A stretch of DNA of 9,795 nucleotides from Prasinococcaceae sp. CCMP 1430 (taxonomy: Eukaryota > Plantae > Prasinodermophyta): NCBI GenBank assembly GCA_013416795.1, contig RQSC01001264.1, forward strand, positions 1 through 9,795, in the 5' to 3' direction. Shown here one piece after another: positions 7,517 to 9,795 of this stretch. A model generated the notes under the pieces. The model was not told the DNA's origin. It saw nothing but the letters and a program-made list of their open reading frames with translations, and searched no databases. A program made the translations under genes and the position numbers. Position 1 is the first letter of the stretch. Each line of letters begins with the position of its first letter.

Positions 7517-8575
7517 ATGGCGGGGGGGCGGCCAGCGCGCGCCGAGTACCGGCGCGCCGACGGGGTGCGCATCGCGCACGATCCGTACGCGCCGGGCATG
7601 GCCGCGCACTACGGCCGACCGGGCGAGACGGACGACGAGGGCTTCGACCCGTACGCAGACACGGTCGGGCCAGGCATCTACGGCGGGCGCGTGCAGCGCG
7701 ACGCCGCCGGCGCTGTCGTGGTCGGGCGCCAGTACCAGGGCCACAACCCGCGACCAGGGCCCGTGTACGCTGGAGGGGGGTACACCGAGATGGCCTCGGC
7801 CATCCAGCGAGGGCCGGAGGCCGCGGCGGCGCTGCTCGACGCGCGACCCGAGCTGCTCGAGGACGTGTCGACGGGCGGGGCGCGGCCGCTGCACCTCTGC
7901 GGCATGAGCCGCCGCGGCCAGGCATCCGCGGCGCTGCTCGTCGCGCGCGGCGCAGAGGTGGACGCGCTCGACACCTACGGCTACACGCCACTCATGCGCA
8001 TGGCGTCCAACAACCTCCCCGAGGGCGCGGTGGCACTCCTCGACGGCGGGGCCGACCCGGACTTCGTGTCGGACTCAGGCGAGACCGCCCAGTCCATCGC
8101 GCGCGTGTCGGACGCACGGGACGTGCTGGATGTTCTCAAAGCGCCGCGCCCCCGCGCCGAGTGCGAGCGCAACCCGGACCGCGCTACTGCCTCGGCGTCC
8201 GCCCGTGCGGCCAAGCCTGCGCCTACCGCGCGGCGCCGCGGCGAAAGCCCCGAGGAGAAACGCGCGCGCAAGGCCGCTGCGCGCGAAGCCAAGGCGGCGA
8301 AGCGGCAGGGCGGCGACGCGCACGCCGCGGCCGCGGCCAAGCCGTGCCAGGGGTGCGGCGCCGCGAGCGACCTGCTCGTCAGATGCCAGACCGCGGAGTC
8401 GGCAGGCAGCTGGGTGATGCTGTGCGGCAAGTGCTGGCGCAGCGCCTCGGGCGGCGTCGTCGACGGCGACGCGGCCCACCCGCACTACAGGTACGGCGGC
8501 CTCTGGAAGTCGGCCGCGCGCAGGCGAGGCGACGCATTGCCGCCGGAGCTGCGCGCCCTCGACGTCGGGAGCTGA
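7517..8575 (+). CDS. Ankyrin-repeat protein with a C-terminal Cys-rich (putative Zn-binding) domain, 352 aa; true start may lie in the gap
   Basis: ATG at 7517, TGA ending at 8575. Ankyrin consensus GARPLHLCG..LLVARGAEVDALDTYGYTPLMRMASNN..ALLDGGADPD..SGETA (~7874-8136). This is followed by a K/R/A-rich linker, then CQGC..LLVRC..W..CGKCW..SGGVVDGD..HPHYRYGGLWK (8345-8509). Confidence 0.85.
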   Translation: MAGGRPARAEYRRADGVRIAHDPYAPGMAAHYGRPGETDDEGFDPYADTVGPGIYGGRVQRDAAGAVVVGRQYQGHNPRPGPVYAGGGYTEMASAIQRGPEAAAALLDARPELLEDVSTGGARPLHLCGMSRRGQASAALLVARGAEVDALDTYGYTPLMRMASNNLPEGAVALLDGGADPDFVSDSGETAQSIARVSDARDVLDVLKAPRPRAECERNPDRATASASARAAKPAPTARRRGESPEEKRARKAAAREAKAAKRQGGDAHAAAAAKPCQGCGAASDLLVRCQTAESAGSWVMLCGKCWRSASGGVVDGDAAHPHYRYGGLWKSAARRRGDALPPELRALDVGS

Positions 8576-8665
8576 GCCGCGATGCAGCCGGCTCCTGGCG
8601 CTCGCACGCCCGCGCTGCGGCGGCGGCGGTGGCTGCAGGCATTGCTAGTACCATTCTGGTCGCGG

Positions 8666-8708
8666 CCCTCATAATATTTTGTGCGTTATTTTTCCATTGT
8701 CGAAATCC
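8666..8708 (+). terminator. AT-rich island, candidate 3'-end/polyadenylation region of the ankyrin gene
   Basis: cataatattttgtgcgttatttttccattgtcgaaat, ~95 nt after the TGA, in otherwise very GC-rich DNA. The function is inferred. Confidence 0.4.
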
Positions 8709-8828
8709 ATCACTCCGCAGCGGTACAGACCGTGCAGCGCGGCCCCGCGAGGCGGCGCGCGCCACACCGAGCGCCCTGGCCGTCTGCCGCCGCCGCCGCC
8801 GTGCCCGCTTTCGAGCCGCGAACGCGAG

Positions 8829-8865
8829 CCCCATCCCCGGCCCCGCCCCCCTCTACCCTCCACCC
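8829..8865 (-). other. C-tract cluster (G4-prone on the minus strand) upstream of the microprotein gene
   Basis: CCCC-AT-CCCC-GG-CCCC-G-CCCCCC-TCTA-CCC-TCCA-CCC on the plus strand. Confidence 0.55.
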
Positions 8866-8922
8866 GCGTAGGCGCCCCTCGCCTTGTCGGTGCCTTCGAG
8901 CCTCGTCACCGCCAGATCGACG

Positions 8923-9294
8923 ATGTCGGCGCCTAACAAGGAGGAGAACGTGGCACGCCATGCACACGACTGGCACGGCTCCGAGGGCGGGGCAGACGCC
9001 AATCGCGATGGACGCACCACGCGCTCCGAGGCGCGCGCCGCGGGCGTCGACATGAGCCGCCCAGAGGAGTGCGTGCCGCGCGCGCATGGCGTGCGGGGCC
9101 TGCGCGCGAAGCATGCGTGGCGCGCGCAAAAATGCGCGGACGCGGGCTGACCAAAAGTGGGGCGCCTCGGCGCGCGCTCGTGCTGCGTGCGGTACCCCCG
9201 CCTTGCCGACAGCCTTAACGACGACGGGCGTGTGACGCGCTCTGAGGCGCACGCCGTGGAAGAGGCGCGCAAGCACGGACAGCTGCCCAAGTAG
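8923..9294 (+). CDS. 75-aa microprotein with two EF-hand-type DxNxDG loops: join(8923..9068,9213..9294)
   Basis: Spliced product: MSAPNKEENVARHAHDWHGSEGGADANRDGRTTRSEARAAGVDMSRPEDLNDDGRVTRSEAHAVEEARKHGQLPK*. The loops DANRDGRTTRSE and DLNDDGRVTRSE fit the 12-residue EF loop pattern. Splicing creates the GA|C Asp that starts loop 2. Confidence 0.75.
9069..9212 (+). other. Spliceosomal intron of the EF-loop microprotein gene (144 nt, phase 2)
   Basis: Donor GTGCGT at 9069, branch point GCTGAC at 9146-9151, pyrimidine-rich CCCCCGCCTTGCCGACAG acceptor ending at 9212. Confidence 0.75.
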
Positions 9295-9544
9295 GGGAGG
9301 AGCGCCCCCCAGATCATCCGACGCACATCGGTCAACGAGGCTGCTTGCGCAAAGCGACGAGAGCGCCTTCGTATCGCCCAGGCACCTCCAAGCGAGCGAC
9401 CAGACTGCGGGAAGTGGGCGCTCGATCACAGTAGTGTGCGAAGCCGACGCGGCCGCGCCGTAGCTGAGGAAGCACGACTGCGCCGCCGTTACGTAAAGAA
9501 GACGTGCGTCCACCATCGCCCGACGTGCACATTTCAGCACCGAG

Positions 9545-9584
9545 TTAGGGTTACTGTATTACGGTAGGGTTAGTTTTATAATAA
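9545..9584. terminator. AT-rich island with telomere-like TTAGGG motifs, candidate 3'-end region
   Basis: ttagggttactgtattacggtagggttagttttataataa, ~250 nt after the microprotein stop. The function is inferred. Confidence 0.35.
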
Positions 9585-9648
9585 GCGACCGATGCCATGC
9601 CTTCGGTTCCCCGAGCGGCACGCGGCGATGACAGGTGGCCATCCCCCA

Positions 9649-9677
9649 GGGGAGGGGTGGGGGGGGGTGGGAGGGGG
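9649..9677 (+). other. G-quadruplex-prone G-tract cluster
   Basis: GGGG-A-GGGG-T-G9-T-GGG-A-GGGGG: five G-runs with 1-nt loops. Confidence 0.7.
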
Positions 9678-9702
9678 AGCGCGTCCGCCCACCCACGCGT
9701 GC

Positions 9703-9751
9703 GGTCACGCGCACGCGCACGCGCACGTGTGGTCACGCGCTCGCGCTCGCG
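9703..9751. repeat. (CACGCG)n / (CTCGCG)n hexamer repeats with a GGTCACGCGC direct repeat
   Basis: CACGCG x3 at 9706-9723. GGTCACGCGC at 9703-9712 and 9731-9740, followed by tcgcgctcgcg. Confidence 0.85.
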
Positions 9752-9795
9752 GGCGGGCCCGGGCGGGCGCACGGGCCTGGCGCCACACGCCGCGC

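Noticed and set aside
8576-8871. Hydrophobic stretch ASTILVAALIIFCALFF in ORF 8161-8871 as a membrane protein
   Set aside because: It is a by-product of translating a T-rich 3'-UTR island. The ORF's upstream part is an alternative frame of the ankyrin gene.
882-9212. Introner-type (repetitive mobile) introns
   Set aside because: The three introns share only splice signals and one short motif, with no extended similarity or terminal repeats.
8710-9540. 276-aa minus-strand ORF with a TATAAAA upstream (9580-9574)
   Set aside because: No recognisable domain. It runs antisense through the better-supported spliced EF-loop gene and its likely 3' UTR. Not fully excluded without stranded RNA data.

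Overview
Very GC-rich, gene-dense eukaryotic DNA with short spliceosomal introns (GT[G/T]CG donors, CTGAC branch points, CAG acceptors). The plant-like separase suggests a green microalga, but this is inference. Four protein genes can be reconstructed. (1) A three-exon, minus-strand NodB/CE4 polysaccharide deacetylase-like gene, 5'-truncated at the single N at 1670. It carries a ~70-aa hydrophobic insertion and has lost a motif-1 Asp. (2) A >5.6 kb plus-strand ORF encoding full-length separase (peptidase C50, His/Cys dyad intact), with Kelch blades fused in frame to its N-terminus. (3) After a 97-N gap, an ankyrin-repeat protein fused to a Cys-rich CxxC..CxxC domain. (4) A two-exon 75-aa microprotein with two EF-hand-type Ca-binding loops, which the ORF track misses. 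There are also microsatellites, G4-prone tracts and AT-rich islands downstream of stop codons. I found no RNA genes, mobile elements or CRISPR arrays, and no evidence of a multi-gene system. The novelty lies in the unusual domain architectures.
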